DNA from: an uncultured virus (IMG/VR IMGVR_UViG_3300042562_001845)
Taxonomy: Duplodnaviria > Heunggongvirae > Uroviricota > Caudoviricetes
Virus record (IMG/VR): IMGVR_UViG_3300042562_001845
DNA: 20,000 bases
Reading direction: 5' to 3' (one strand)
A program made the translations under genes and the position numbers. Shown here in pieces: positions 7,819 to 15,883 of this stretch. The notes below the pieces were generated by a model. It searched no databases and was not told where the DNA came from. It was given only the letters and a program-made list of their open reading frames with translations. Within the stretch, counting starts at the first letter, position 1, and each line of letters starts with the position of its first letter.

Positions 7819-9063
7819 TTAGTCCCAAATATCGTCGCAGTATCCATAGTTGTCTGCGTAGTCATTCACGTTTTTACCTTTGTACTCTCCTAAGTCTCCT
7901 CCATTTGAGTAGTCTAACTCTGGCAAGAACTCTAACAAATCGTTTCGAGTACATTCTGTTTTGTGTTCACCACTTTTGTAGTAAGCAGTAAGGTTCATTC
8001 CATCCCATTCAGTAGTCATGAATTCTATGTCTAAAGATCTAAGTAAATCCTCAATAAGAGATTTCTCGTGATCTTTTCGATCTTTACAAAGATCTACTTT
8101 AATTACTTTTTTAGTAGTAGCATTTATTTCAATGTTAGAAACATATCCATATTTGTTGTCATAGAACCAGATTGGTTCAATCTTCTCTACTGGTTTTCCC
8201 CAGTTAGAATTTTTGTTTTTAGAGAAGTCATAATCATCATCTTCATCATCATAGAAACTTCTACCAGTATATCCAAATCCTTTACCATAAGAACCATAAG
8301 TTCCGTAAGAAGAACCATAAGATTTGTATTCTGTAGTGCTTGGATCTCTTTCTACTGGTAACGCATTCCAATCTACTTTCAAACAAGCTTCTGCAAGTTT
8401 AGTTAAGTGTTCGATATCTTGTTTCTCAGAAAAAGTGTGTTCGTTTTGGTAACCAACTGAAATGTTTGTACACTCTGCATAGATGCTTACGAATTGAACA
8501 GAGTCAGTTAAGATACCTGTATCATCATTTTCATATTTGAAAGTAGAGTCTACATCGTTTAAAGCTTTTGCTAAAGCCGAACCGAAAGTATCTGAGCAAC
8601 ATCTAGCACCACTTTGATAAGTAATGATTGAGTTGTTACCTCTTCTATCAAAAGAGATTACTTTATTTATTCCTTCAATCTTATTTTCTTTTTGAACAGT
8701 TGCAACTTTTCGAGAGCCGATACAACCAACTTCTTCACCTAAGAAGAAGTAGTAAAGTCCTGGTATATTTTTTTCAATCATATTAAGCATGATGGCAACA
8801 CCTGCTTTATCGTCTGCACCTAAGATAGATTTTCCGTCAGTTTTGATGATATTTTTTTCGATTACGTGAACTACTTTAGTAAGAGCCGAAGTAGCAGTAT
8901 CTAAGTGAGCCGTAAACATAACATCACTTTCTCCTATTTTGATGAATAGATTTCCGAACTCGTCTGCTTGTAAACCTTCACCTAAAAGAGGAAAGATTTC
9001 AGATTCAGTACCGTGTGGGTATGTTCTGGAAGTCAATTCTAAAAACTTATCTTTAATATTCAT
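7819..9063 (-). CDS. M28/M20-like zinc peptidase with low-complexity linker and C-terminal extension
   Basis: Metal-ligand motifs AHLDT, GADDKAG, EEVGCIGS, SFDRRG and NISVGYQNEH. ATG 9063 chosen because the longer ORF start runs through the promoter. Confidence 0.85.
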   Translation of the reverse strand: MNIKDKFLELTSRTYPHGTESEIFPLLGEGLQADEFGNLFIKIGESDVMFTAHLDTATSALTKVVHVIEKNIIKTDGKSILGADDKAGVAIMLNMIEKNIPGLYYFFLGEEVGCIGSRKVATVQKENKIEGINKVISFDRRGNNSIITYQSGARCCSDTFGSALAKALNDVDSTFKYENDDTGILTDSVQFVSIYAECTNISVGYQNEHTFSEKQDIEHLTKLAEACLKVDWNALPVERDPSTTEYKSYGSSYGTYGSYGKGFGYTGRSFYDDEDDDYDFSKNKNSNWGKPVEKIEPIWFYDNKYGYVSNIEINATTKKVIKVDLCKDRKDHEKSLIEDLLRSLDIEFMTTEWDGMNLTAYYKSGEHKTECTRNDLLEFLPELDYSNGGDLGEYKGKNVNDYADNYGYCDDIWD

Positions 9064-9085
9064 CTTGCGAATTTTATTTGTTTTA

Positions 9086-9115
9086 CAAAGATACGGAAAT
9101 AAAGTTGTTAACAAA
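9086..9115 (-). promoter_or_regulatory. Bacteroidota-type promoter TTTG-N18-TATCTTTG
   Basis: -33 and -7 elements upstream of the peptidase, divergent from the + strand gene at 9150. Confidence 0.7.
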
Positions 9116-9136
9116 ACATTTATAGATTTTATTTTT

Positions 9137-9145
9137 TAATATATA
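9137..9145 (+). promoter_or_regulatory. TAATATATA motif
   Basis: 4 nt upstream of ATG 9150. Confidence 0.5.
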
Positions 9146-9149
9146 CTTT

Positions 9150-11396
9150 ATGCAACAAAAATCTGATCTTATAAACGGAACAATACAAATATTCGACAAG
9201 TTCGATATTGGTGCGACACAATCTGATGATTACAATTTTACACCTACATTTCCTTCTATAGGTGATGAATATTCGTTGAGTTTTATTGATCTTGAAAGAG
9301 TAAAATCATTTACAAAGTTTCAATACGATACACTTGGAATGACAAGCACGAGATTTTTAAATAGTTTCTATAGAATATCCCGTGACAACAAAAGTTGGAG
9401 TGAATGGTTTCCTTTAAATAGAAATATAGAAAACTTTCCGGTAGTCGATACAAAAGATTTACTTTATTTAGATATTAAATGGGTAAGAGCTGGTAGTTCT
9501 GATATAGGAACAATAAGACTTTTAGAATATGTAATAGAAGGTGAATTAGAAAGAGATGTTGTAGAAGATGGTAGTGCTATTCAACTTCCTGTTGGAAAGT
9601 CACTGATAATGAAAGCTCCTTATATCTATAAGGTATTTTCAATAAGTGATGTTGAGATTATAACCAATTCTGATATTTCAAATGTTTCTATAAAATATAG
9701 ATACTCTCAGGATAATGAAAGAACTTGGTCTGAATGGGAAACGTTCACAAAAGAAAATATAACAACTACTAGAATAAATCCAATACGATTTTTTCAAGTA
9801 GAATATTCTATAGAGAATAAATCTAATGCTAGCATATCAATACAGGATATCAATATAATTGGAGATGTTCAAAATGTAAGTAAAGATTATTTCAAAAGTA
9901 ATCTTATGGGTATAAGAGAGTGTTGTAAGTCAAACATGGCTGGATATACAGATGCAAACGGAAATTGGGTAGCAGGAACAGGCGCAAATTCTGGATCTAT
10001 AGGAAGTGGAATAGGTGGATCTTCTTGTGCAACAGATAGTGCTCTTCCTAAAATGACTAATGATGAAAAAGCAAATTTGTATAATCCATATCAACAAAAT
10101 ACTGCAATGGACTTACTTAATAAATTAAGCACAGATGCTCAACAAGTATTCGGTCATGATACTGTATACTTCTGTACAGATCCTGATAAAAAAGGACAAG
10201 ACCATACTATGCATGAATATCAGTTGTTCAATGTGGTATGTGAAGGAAACATAAAAGTGTCTGTTGAAAATAATGCTTTTCCTGATAGTCAAATAGTTAT
10301 GAATCAATTTGACTTGAATCTGTTTGAGCAAATGGAGATACATATAACAAAACAAGCATTTAAAGAAATATTTGGACCACAAAGAAGACCTTCTAAAGAA
10401 GATTTCTTATACTTCTGTAATCTTAATAGAATGTATCAGGTGGATCATGCACAGCAGTTTAGAAACTTCAACAATGCGGCGGTGTATTACAAATTACATT
10501 TGAAAAAATACAGTCAAAAAGCAAATGTCAAAGCTGGTACTCCAGATATTGCAGATACTTTAAAAAATCTTACGAAGAACACTACGCTTGATGAGCTTAT
10601 GGGAATCGAGATGGCACAAGATAAAGCGGCTGTTGCAAACAAAGATCAGTTCAAACCATTAACTAAAGATCCTATAAGATTGGAATATAAGGCAGAGATT
10701 GATAAAGAGTTGATAGAAAATTCAAGTACAATAATATCTAGATCAAATTATGATATGTCTTCGGTTGCTTATAGAACACCAGGTGTCAGCTATAAAAATC
10801 TAGATGCTCAGTTAAAAGTATCCGATAATATTGGATATTATGTTTGGTTCAAACTTCAGAACTATATTCAAGGAGAACTTTATAACTTCTTCAATTACTA
10901 TGATGACACAAATTCTTTAGGATGGAAAGCAGATTTGGTTGATGATGATATTGTCTTCACTGCAAACGCGACAGAATATAGATATCATCTAAAAGGAAGT
11001 GCAACAAATGATGTGATTGCACTTGATGAAGATGTTTGGTATTGCTATGTTCTTAATTTAGACCAAAGAAATAGTGAGATGACTCAATGGATCTATAAAA
11101 GAGATATCGATGACGAAGATTCAGGTGCTGCGGCGGTTTCCACTATACTACATAACATATATAAAGGAACTCAACCAATCGTTCCGTTCGAATATATTAT
11201 CGAAGGTGGTTCATGTAACATATTAGGATCTGATATGAAACTTACCAATGTAAGACTATTTATAGAAACTATACCAGAGAGTTATCATAATAAGATTCTG
11301 AATCAGTATATAATAAGAGATGATTCGAAACATATGGTTTTTGCAGATAATGCAAATACCAGAATTTATCTACCAAACTTTCCATACAATGAATAA
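9150..11396 (+). CDS. Probable virion structural protein (central region neck/head-completion-like; C-terminal LamG-like beta-sandwich)
   Basis: 748 aa. 'QVFGHDTVYF...D...HEY' is reminiscent of T4 gp14-type neck proteins. Two N-terminal 'YR(I/Y)S.DN..WSEW' modules, a Gly/Ser linker, and C-terminal 'WYCYVLN...LTNVRLF'. Confidence 0.55.
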   Translation: MQQKSDLINGTIQIFDKFDIGATQSDDYNFTPTFPSIGDEYSLSFIDLERVKSFTKFQYDTLGMTSTRFLNSFYRISRDNKSWSEWFPLNRNIENFPVVDTKDLLYLDIKWVRAGSSDIGTIRLLEYVIEGELERDVVEDGSAIQLPVGKSLIMKAPYIYKVFSISDVEIITNSDISNVSIKYRYSQDNERTWSEWETFTKENITTTRINPIRFFQVEYSIENKSNASISIQDINIIGDVQNVSKDYFKSNLMGIRECCKSNMAGYTDANGNWVAGTGANSGSIGSGIGGSSCATDSALPKMTNDEKANLYNPYQQNTAMDLLNKLSTDAQQVFGHDTVYFCTDPDKKGQDHTMHEYQLFNVVCEGNIKVSVENNAFPDSQIVMNQFDLNLFEQMEIHITKQAFKEIFGPQRRPSKEDFLYFCNLNRMYQVDHAQQFRNFNNAAVYYKLHLKKYSQKANVKAGTPDIADTLKNLTKNTTLDELMGIEMAQDKAAVANKDQFKPLTKDPIRLEYKAEIDKELIENSSTIISRSNYDMSSVAYRTPGVSYKNLDAQLKVSDNIGYYVWFKLQNYIQGELYNFFNYYDDTNSLGWKADLVDDDIVFTANATEYRYHLKGSATNDVIALDEDVWYCYVLNLDQRNSEMTQWIYKRDIDDEDSGAAAVSTILHNIYKGTQPIVPFEYIIEGGSCNILGSDMKLTNVRLFIETIPESYHNKILNQYIIRDDSKHMVFADNANTRIYLPNFPYNE

Positions 11397-11424
11397 AAAA
11401 AACCCAGTTTATACTGGGTTTTTT
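11395..11424. terminator. Bidirectional intrinsic terminator
   Basis: A-tract-cccagt-ttat-actggg-T-tract between convergent genes. Confidence 0.9.
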
Positions 11425-12142
11425 AATATCTAAAATAATTTAATGCTAAGAAATCATCTACTTCGTTTTTGTCGTGTGATTCAAACTCTTCTAACTTTCT
11501 TTTTGCATATTGATCTGCTTGGCCCCTGTTTATCTTTTTTATAAACTCTGGTCTGGTTTTGCAGAAGTAATGGTTTATCTGTGCAACATCTATATCACCT
11601 TTAAAGTTGAATGGTCCAAGAACTTCATTGAGATTTGTGTCATTCAGCATGACGTTTGGATAATGTGGATTTACCATCTTTACTCCAAATCGTTTCAACT
11701 TCAAAATCGTTTTTATATGTTGGTTTTTATCAATCTGTCTCTTTGTGAATCTTTCTAATAGACTAGTATTTTCTGAAGTTTCCTTATGTCCGTTGCTACC
11801 AAATAGTACCCAGTTGATTGCGATTCCGTTTTCAACGTTATCATACTCATTTAAAAAATCTTTTATATTATCGTGTTTTTTTAAAACAATAAATTCATCT
11901 ACATCTATAAACGCTGCCCAATCGTAGTCGTATCTGAATCTTTCTATGAATGTGTTGTATGCAGGTATTTGTTTTCTATCACCATCAAACTCTATGTTGG
12001 TAACTATATCGTCTTTGACTTTACAACGCCAATTATTTTCAAAGACGAATATATTGTCGAATCCTAATTTCTTATGATATTCAATCCATTCTTTGATGTA
12101 TTCGTCTTCGTCTTTTGCTATACAAACTAATGCGACTTTCAT
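11423..12142 (-). CDS. Glycosyltransferase (GT-A fold, GT92/GT2-like)
   Basis: 'IAKDEDEYIKEWIEYHKKLGFD', DxD motif 'WAAFIDVDEF' and 'INHYF'. Confidence 0.85.
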   Translation of the reverse strand: MKVALVCIAKDEDEYIKEWIEYHKKLGFDNIFVFENNWRCKVKDDIVTNIEFDGDRKQIPAYNTFIERFRYDYDWAAFIDVDEFIVLKKHDNIKDFLNEYDNVENGIAINWVLFGSNGHKETSENTSLLERFTKRQIDKNQHIKTILKLKRFGVKMVNPHYPNVMLNDTNLNEVLGPFNFKGDIDVAQINHYFCKTRPEFIKKINRGQADQYAKRKLEEFESHDKNEVDDFLALNYFRY

Positions 12143-12144
12143 TG

Positions 12145-12315
12145 TTATCCGGCATTGTTTTTTTGATTTCTAATTTTCCAAGCTTCTAAATCTCTTTCCA
12201 TAAACTTTCTAATTCGTTTAGAAATGTTTATGGAATTTTCGTCACAGAATTTTCTATATTCTTCAAGTAATTTATCTGGTAGTCTTAGAGAAAACATTTT
12301 GTCTTTTGCTGGCAT
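12145..12315 (-). CDS. Ribbon-helix-helix (CopG/Arc-like) DNA-binding protein, 56 aa (not in ORF track)
   Basis: Manual translation MPAKDKMFSLRLPDKLLEEYRKFCDENSINISKRIRKFMERDLEAWKIRNQKNNAG: beta-strand FSLRL followed by two helices. Stop lies 2 nt before the glycosyltransferase ATG. Confidence 0.75.
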   Translation of the reverse strand: MPAKDKMFSLRLPDKLLEEYRKFCDENSINISKRIRKFMERDLEAWKIRNQKNNAG

Positions 12316-12344
12316 AATGTATATACGATTTTTAAGTATATATA

Positions 12345-12352
12345 CAAATATA
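12345..12352 (-). promoter_or_regulatory. Bacteroidota-type -7 element TATATTTG with adjacent palindromes
   Basis: TAnnTTTG upstream of the RHH gene; GTATATATAC (12336-12345) and GTATATAC (12319-12326) palindromes lie between it and the ATG. Confidence 0.55.
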
Positions 12353-12358
12353 TGCCCT

Positions 12359-12703
12359 CTATTCTATGATTTTTTCAACATATGTAACTACTTCTCCGGT
12401 AGTGAATCCCTTTTCTATAAGAAGTGGTAGTGAAGAGTCTTTACACCATGCGAATATTGTCCATCCTTTATAGTTTTCGTTGACGTATTCCCATCTGGTT
12501 TCCCAAAGCATTCTGTAGATTCCTTTTCTTCTATGTGCTTCGTCAACCCAAGCATCCATGAATTTTATCCTATTGTTGTTTTCTAAGGTCATAAAAATAT
12601 GTCCTATTGCCTCTTCTCCATTTACTTCGTACGCCATCCACATTTCAAGGTTCTGTGCATTCGTCTTAAGCCTAATTATTTTTAGACCTGTATTCTCTCC
12701 CAT
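12359..12703 (-). CDS. GNAT family acetyltransferase
   Basis: 'WVDEAHRRKGIYRML' acetyl-CoA-binding motif A, and C-terminal 'KGF'. Confidence 0.8.
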   Translation of the reverse strand: MGENTGLKIIRLKTNAQNLEMWMAYEVNGEEAIGHIFMTLENNNRIKFMDAWVDEAHRRKGIYRMLWETRWEYVNENYKGWTIFAWCKDSSLPLLIEKGFTTGEVVTYVEKIIE

Positions 12704-12748
12704 TTACTACAGATTATTTATATAATCTATATATTATTAGTAGAAATT

Positions 12749-12775
12749 AAAAAAGCAGTCAAAATGACTGCTTTT
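12749..12775 (-). terminator. Intrinsic terminator
   Basis: aaaagcagtca-aaa-tgactgctttt hairpin followed by a T6 tract on the - strand, downstream of 12811..13116. Confidence 0.85.
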
Positions 12776-12810
12776 ACTATATTATTTGAATTTGTTATTC
12801 CTAATTTATA

Positions 12811-13116
12811 TTATTTTCTATTTATTACCTGTTCGCAAAATAATTTTTCATTTTGAAATGGTGGGTTACCCACCATGATATTATCTACTACATTATTAGA
12901 TTTTTCATTTTGAAATGGTGGGTTACCCACCATGATATTATCTACTACGGTATTAGATTTTTCATTTTGAAATGGTGGATTACCCACAATAATAGTAAGT
13001 TTTTCAAGAGATTTCATTTCTAAATAATCATCTACTGAAAATCCTTCTGGTAAGTTTTCCAAATCGAATCCGTATTCGTTTTGTAATTCAATAACTAAGT
13101 CTTTGATGCGTCCCAT
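12811..13116 (-). CDS. Hypothetical protein with tandem VGNPPFQNEK repeats
   Basis: 101-aa ORF with its own promoter element and terminator. Confidence 0.7.
   Translation of the reverse strand: MGRIKDLVIELQNEYGFDLENLPEGFSVDDYLEMKSLEKLTIIVGNPPFQNEKSNTVVDNIMVGNPPFQNEKSNNVVDNIMVGNPPFQNEKLFCEQVINRK
12844..12987. repeat. 57-bp tandem repeat, ~2.5 copies, with internal palindrome
   Basis: Units at 12844-12900 and 12901-12957 (2 mismatches) plus a partial unit at 12958-12987. Each full unit contains ATGGTGGGT-T-ACCCACCAT. Confidence 0.95.
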
Positions 13117-13140
13117 AATATATGTTTTAAGTTTGTTTTA

Positions 13141-13148
13141 CAAATATA
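13141..13148 (-). promoter_or_regulatory. Bacteroidota-type -7 element TATATTTG
   Basis: Intergenic, upstream of ATG 13116; a TTG lies 20 nt further upstream. Confidence 0.65.
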
Positions 13149-13159
13149 AGGACAATATT

Positions 13160-13816
13160 CTATTTGTACAACTTTATTCCGGCATCAATTGAAGAAGAAA
13201 CATCCATTTCGCAATAATCTCTTATTTCATCCAGTCTGCCAGCATGATAGTATTCGTGTACTAAAGATCCATCCATATTTACTTTAGGACTTGCGACACC
13301 AAGTTCATAACACATTTCATCAAACGAAAATGCATAAGCAAACTTTTGTTTCCAATCATCAGCCATATCTACAATTCTCATCTCCCACGGCTTCTTTTCA
13401 TAAGGACGAATAATGTCTGCCGGAGTAATCTCATATTTATGTAATTTATGAAGAACCCATGGGATATCAAAATAGTTGATTCTGAATCCAGAAAGCTTGA
13501 AGTCTTTCTTCTCAATCTTCTTTAAAAGATCATTAAAGCTTTCAACAATATATCTTTCATCTTCACCATAGAAGCTTTTGATTTGTTTTTGTCCGTTGTT
13601 GTCTAAATATCCAAAAGATATACAACATATCTTTCCATAAGTAGACATAATACCAGATTGGTTCAGATATGATTCCTCAATCGTGAACTTTTGGTCCCAA
13701 CCCATCCTAGCACATTTTCCTTCAAACAGTTTAGCTGCTCTACCATCGTTTTCTTTAAACTCACCAAAGCTTTTGTATTCTCCGGTAGTTTCTATATCAA
13801 AGTGAAATAATTCCAT
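13160..13816 (-). CDS. DnaQ/PolB-like 3'-5' exonuclease (DEDDy)
   Basis: ExoI 'FDIETT', ExoII 'NYFDIPW' and ExoIII 'YCEMDV'. Confidence 0.85.
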   Translation of the reverse strand: MELFHFDIETTGEYKSFGEFKENDGRAAKLFEGKCARMGWDQKFTIEESYLNQSGIMSTYGKICCISFGYLDNNGQKQIKSFYGEDERYIVESFNDLLKKIEKKDFKLSGFRINYFDIPWVLHKLHKYEITPADIIRPYEKKPWEMRIVDMADDWKQKFAYAFSFDEMCYELGVASPKVNMDGSLVHEYYHAGRLDEIRDYCEMDVSSSIDAGIKLYK

Positions 13817-13822
13817 ATATTT

Positions 13823-14119
13823 TTAATTTTTTAAGCTTACCATAAAGTAGAAAAACTCTTCAAAGTCTACCTTTGTAAAGTCTATATCACAACCAACTTT
13901 ATTGACTCCGTTGGGTACCAAAACAAAATCCAACAGAAGCTTCCATCGATTGTCATTGTTATCCTTTAGATATTCGAAAATCATGTAGTTTATAGCATAC
14001 AAAGAAAACTCCTTGTCGTTTATGACAGGAATCTCCTTTGATTTTTTAGATACTCTTAGTTTATAGCTACCTGATACATACTTGTTCAGTATTATATCAT
14101 AATATTCATTTAGTGTCAT
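13823..14119 (-). CDS. Hypothetical protein overlapping the methyltransferase 3' end
   Basis: 98-aa ORF overlapping the MTase end by 14 nt, suggesting coupled expression. Confidence 0.65.
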   Translation of the reverse strand: MTLNEYYDIILNKYVSGSYKLRVSKKSKEIPVINDKEFSLYAINYMIFEYLKDNNDNRWKLLLDFVLVPNGVNKVGCDIDFTKVDFEEFFYFMVSLKN

Positions 14120-15848
14120 CTATGTTTTCTATAAAGTTTTTAACCGTTTCGTTACTCCATTTTATATCCTTGTCAAATGGTGGTAAATACTTTAAGGCGT
14201 TGTTAAAGCCATATCCATCCGATCTCTTCCATCTATCACAATGTGATATAAAATAGTCGGATAATATAAACGATAGTATGTTGTCTATTTGTTCTTGATT
14301 ATCCACTCCCGTAAACATATGGTTTACATCATAGTCGTGAGTATCCGTATAATATGACCTAACAGATTTTGTTAAGGAGAATATTATTTTATCCAAGCCA
14401 CTTAATTTAGGTGTTGGTTTATTAAACTGTACAAATTCTCTTCCTCCATTTTTTATCTTAAAGACTGGATATCTAAAAACATCTGTTTCTGTGTTGGATC
14501 TACCATTTGTCGCATCTACAGAGTTTTGTAAAAACATTCTTTTATCCGGAGTAGAAGCAATTTCTTTTAACTTCTTTTTGATTCTAAAAAAATCCAAATC
14601 TACTTCAGAAGTGTCTAAGATTTCATCGTTTATATTAAAGTCCTGAGATTCGTTGTTCTTTGCTATTACGGTTACCGTTTCACCTTCGTATTCGTTGTCA
14701 AATAACCAAGAGCATGTTTTGATACCAACATTGAAGAAGTTGTCTGCGCTAAAATCAACCATTTTAAGACCTTTTTTTGAAATCAAAGAAAATCTTTTTG
14801 ATTTTTTCAAAACTGATATAGGTGTTACAAACAAAACCTTTCCACTTTTACTTATGAGTGAGAACGACTTTTTACAAAAATCATTGTAGATTTTGTTTTG
14901 ACCACCACCTTTTGAACCGTCTTGGTATGGCGGGTTTCCAATTATCACATCAAAGAATTTCAACTTCCATACTTCTTTCATATGCTTGTTGAAGTCTTCA
15001 CTCAAATAGGATCCTCTGTAAACATTCAATTTGAATTCATTATTACAGTCAAATATCTTGTACAATAAAAATAAGTTCTTGTTAGAAATGTCACAAAAGT
15101 GTAGCATTTCTTCTAAAATGTATTTTTTTCTTTCTAATTCGTCTTTGATTTCATCTACCAAACCAATCATAAGTCTGTCCAATATGGCAGCAGGGAAGTT
15201 ACCAATACCAACCGCCGGATCTAACCATTTAAGGTATTTGTTCCTCCAAACTTCGATTGGTAGAGTGTCTAACATTTCGTCTATCAACTTTCTAGGTGTA
15301 AAAACCTCGCCAAACAATTTGCTCTCTAACTTTGATACCTTTTCATATTGTGTTATGAAGTCTGATATGTTTTTTTGAAGTTCTTCCATTAAGTATTTAT
15401 TAGTTTTATCTACCATAATTATAGACAAAAATTGGTCGAAAGTTGTATATTTTCCTTTGGATATTCTGAAAATAAGCATGTTGTAATATCTTTCCACAAA
15501 GTCGTACTTGTAGTCGACTTTAAAGGAAACAGACATTTTGTTGAAAATTTTTTTTATTGTACTGTTTGCCACATTCAACGAATGTGAGTTGGAGTCAATC
15601 GTGAAAAGTCGACCTTCGATGTTTTTTATGGAGTGGCCATTTTCGTATAGTTCTTCCACAATTTCGAACAGCCAAGAGCCACTTTTGCATATAGGGTCGA
15701 AAAATGTTGTTGAATTGGATTTGAATACGGTTCTTGGTAACTTCTTTATCGATTGAAAAACCAATCCAGAAGGAGTAAGCACATATCCGTTCGATGGATT
15801 TTGATACACGTTGTTATGTATGAATTCCTTTAGTTCTTTATTTTTCAT
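14106..15848 (-). CDS. Amino (N6-adenine-type) DNA methyltransferase, Eco57I/TaqI gamma-like, with degenerate duplicated N-terminal module
   Basis: Motif X 'GEVFTP', motif I 'WLDPAVGIGNF', motif IV 'IIGNPPY', then a TRD-like C-terminus. ATG 15848 preferred over the TTG at 15854, which is part of the promoter. Confidence 0.9.
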   Translation of the reverse strand: MKNKELKEFIHNNVYQNPSNGYVLTPSGLVFQSIKKLPRTVFKSNSTTFFDPICKSGSWLFEIVEELYENGHSIKNIEGRLFTIDSNSHSLNVANSTIKKIFNKMSVSFKVDYKYDFVERYYNMLIFRISKGKYTTFDQFLSIIMVDKTNKYLMEELQKNISDFITQYEKVSKLESKLFGEVFTPRKLIDEMLDTLPIEVWRNKYLKWLDPAVGIGNFPAAILDRLMIGLVDEIKDELERKKYILEEMLHFCDISNKNLFLLYKIFDCNNEFKLNVYRGSYLSEDFNKHMKEVWKLKFFDVIIGNPPYQDGSKGGGQNKIYNDFCKKSFSLISKSGKVLFVTPISVLKKSKRFSLISKKGLKMVDFSADNFFNVGIKTCSWLFDNEYEGETVTVIAKNNESQDFNINDEILDTSEVDLDFFRIKKKLKEIASTPDKRMFLQNSVDATNGRSNTETDVFRYPVFKIKNGGREFVQFNKPTPKLSGLDKIIFSLTKSVRSYYTDTHDYDVNHMFTGVDNQEQIDNILSFILSDYFISHCDRWKRSDGYGFNNALKYLPPFDKDIKWSNETVKNFIENIDDTK

Positions 15849-15851
15849 ATT

Positions 15852-15883
15852 CAAATATACTATTTAAAATCGAGATAAACAAA
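15852..15883 (-). promoter_or_regulatory. Bacteroidota-type promoter TTTG-N20-TATATTTG dedicated to the MTase
   Basis: -7 element at 15852-15859, 3 nt before the ATG; -33 TTTG at 15880-15883. Confidence 0.65.

Noticed and set aside
12715..12722. T4-type late promoter TATAAATA upstream of the GNAT gene
   Set aside because: Only one occurrence noticed, in very AT-rich DNA, so it is compatible with chance.
12844..12987. Mini CRISPR array (30-bp palindromic repeats with 27-bp spacers)
   Set aside because: The would-be spacers are nearly identical to each other, the 57-bp period keeps frame inside an ORF, and there are no cas genes in the window. It is a tandem repeat.
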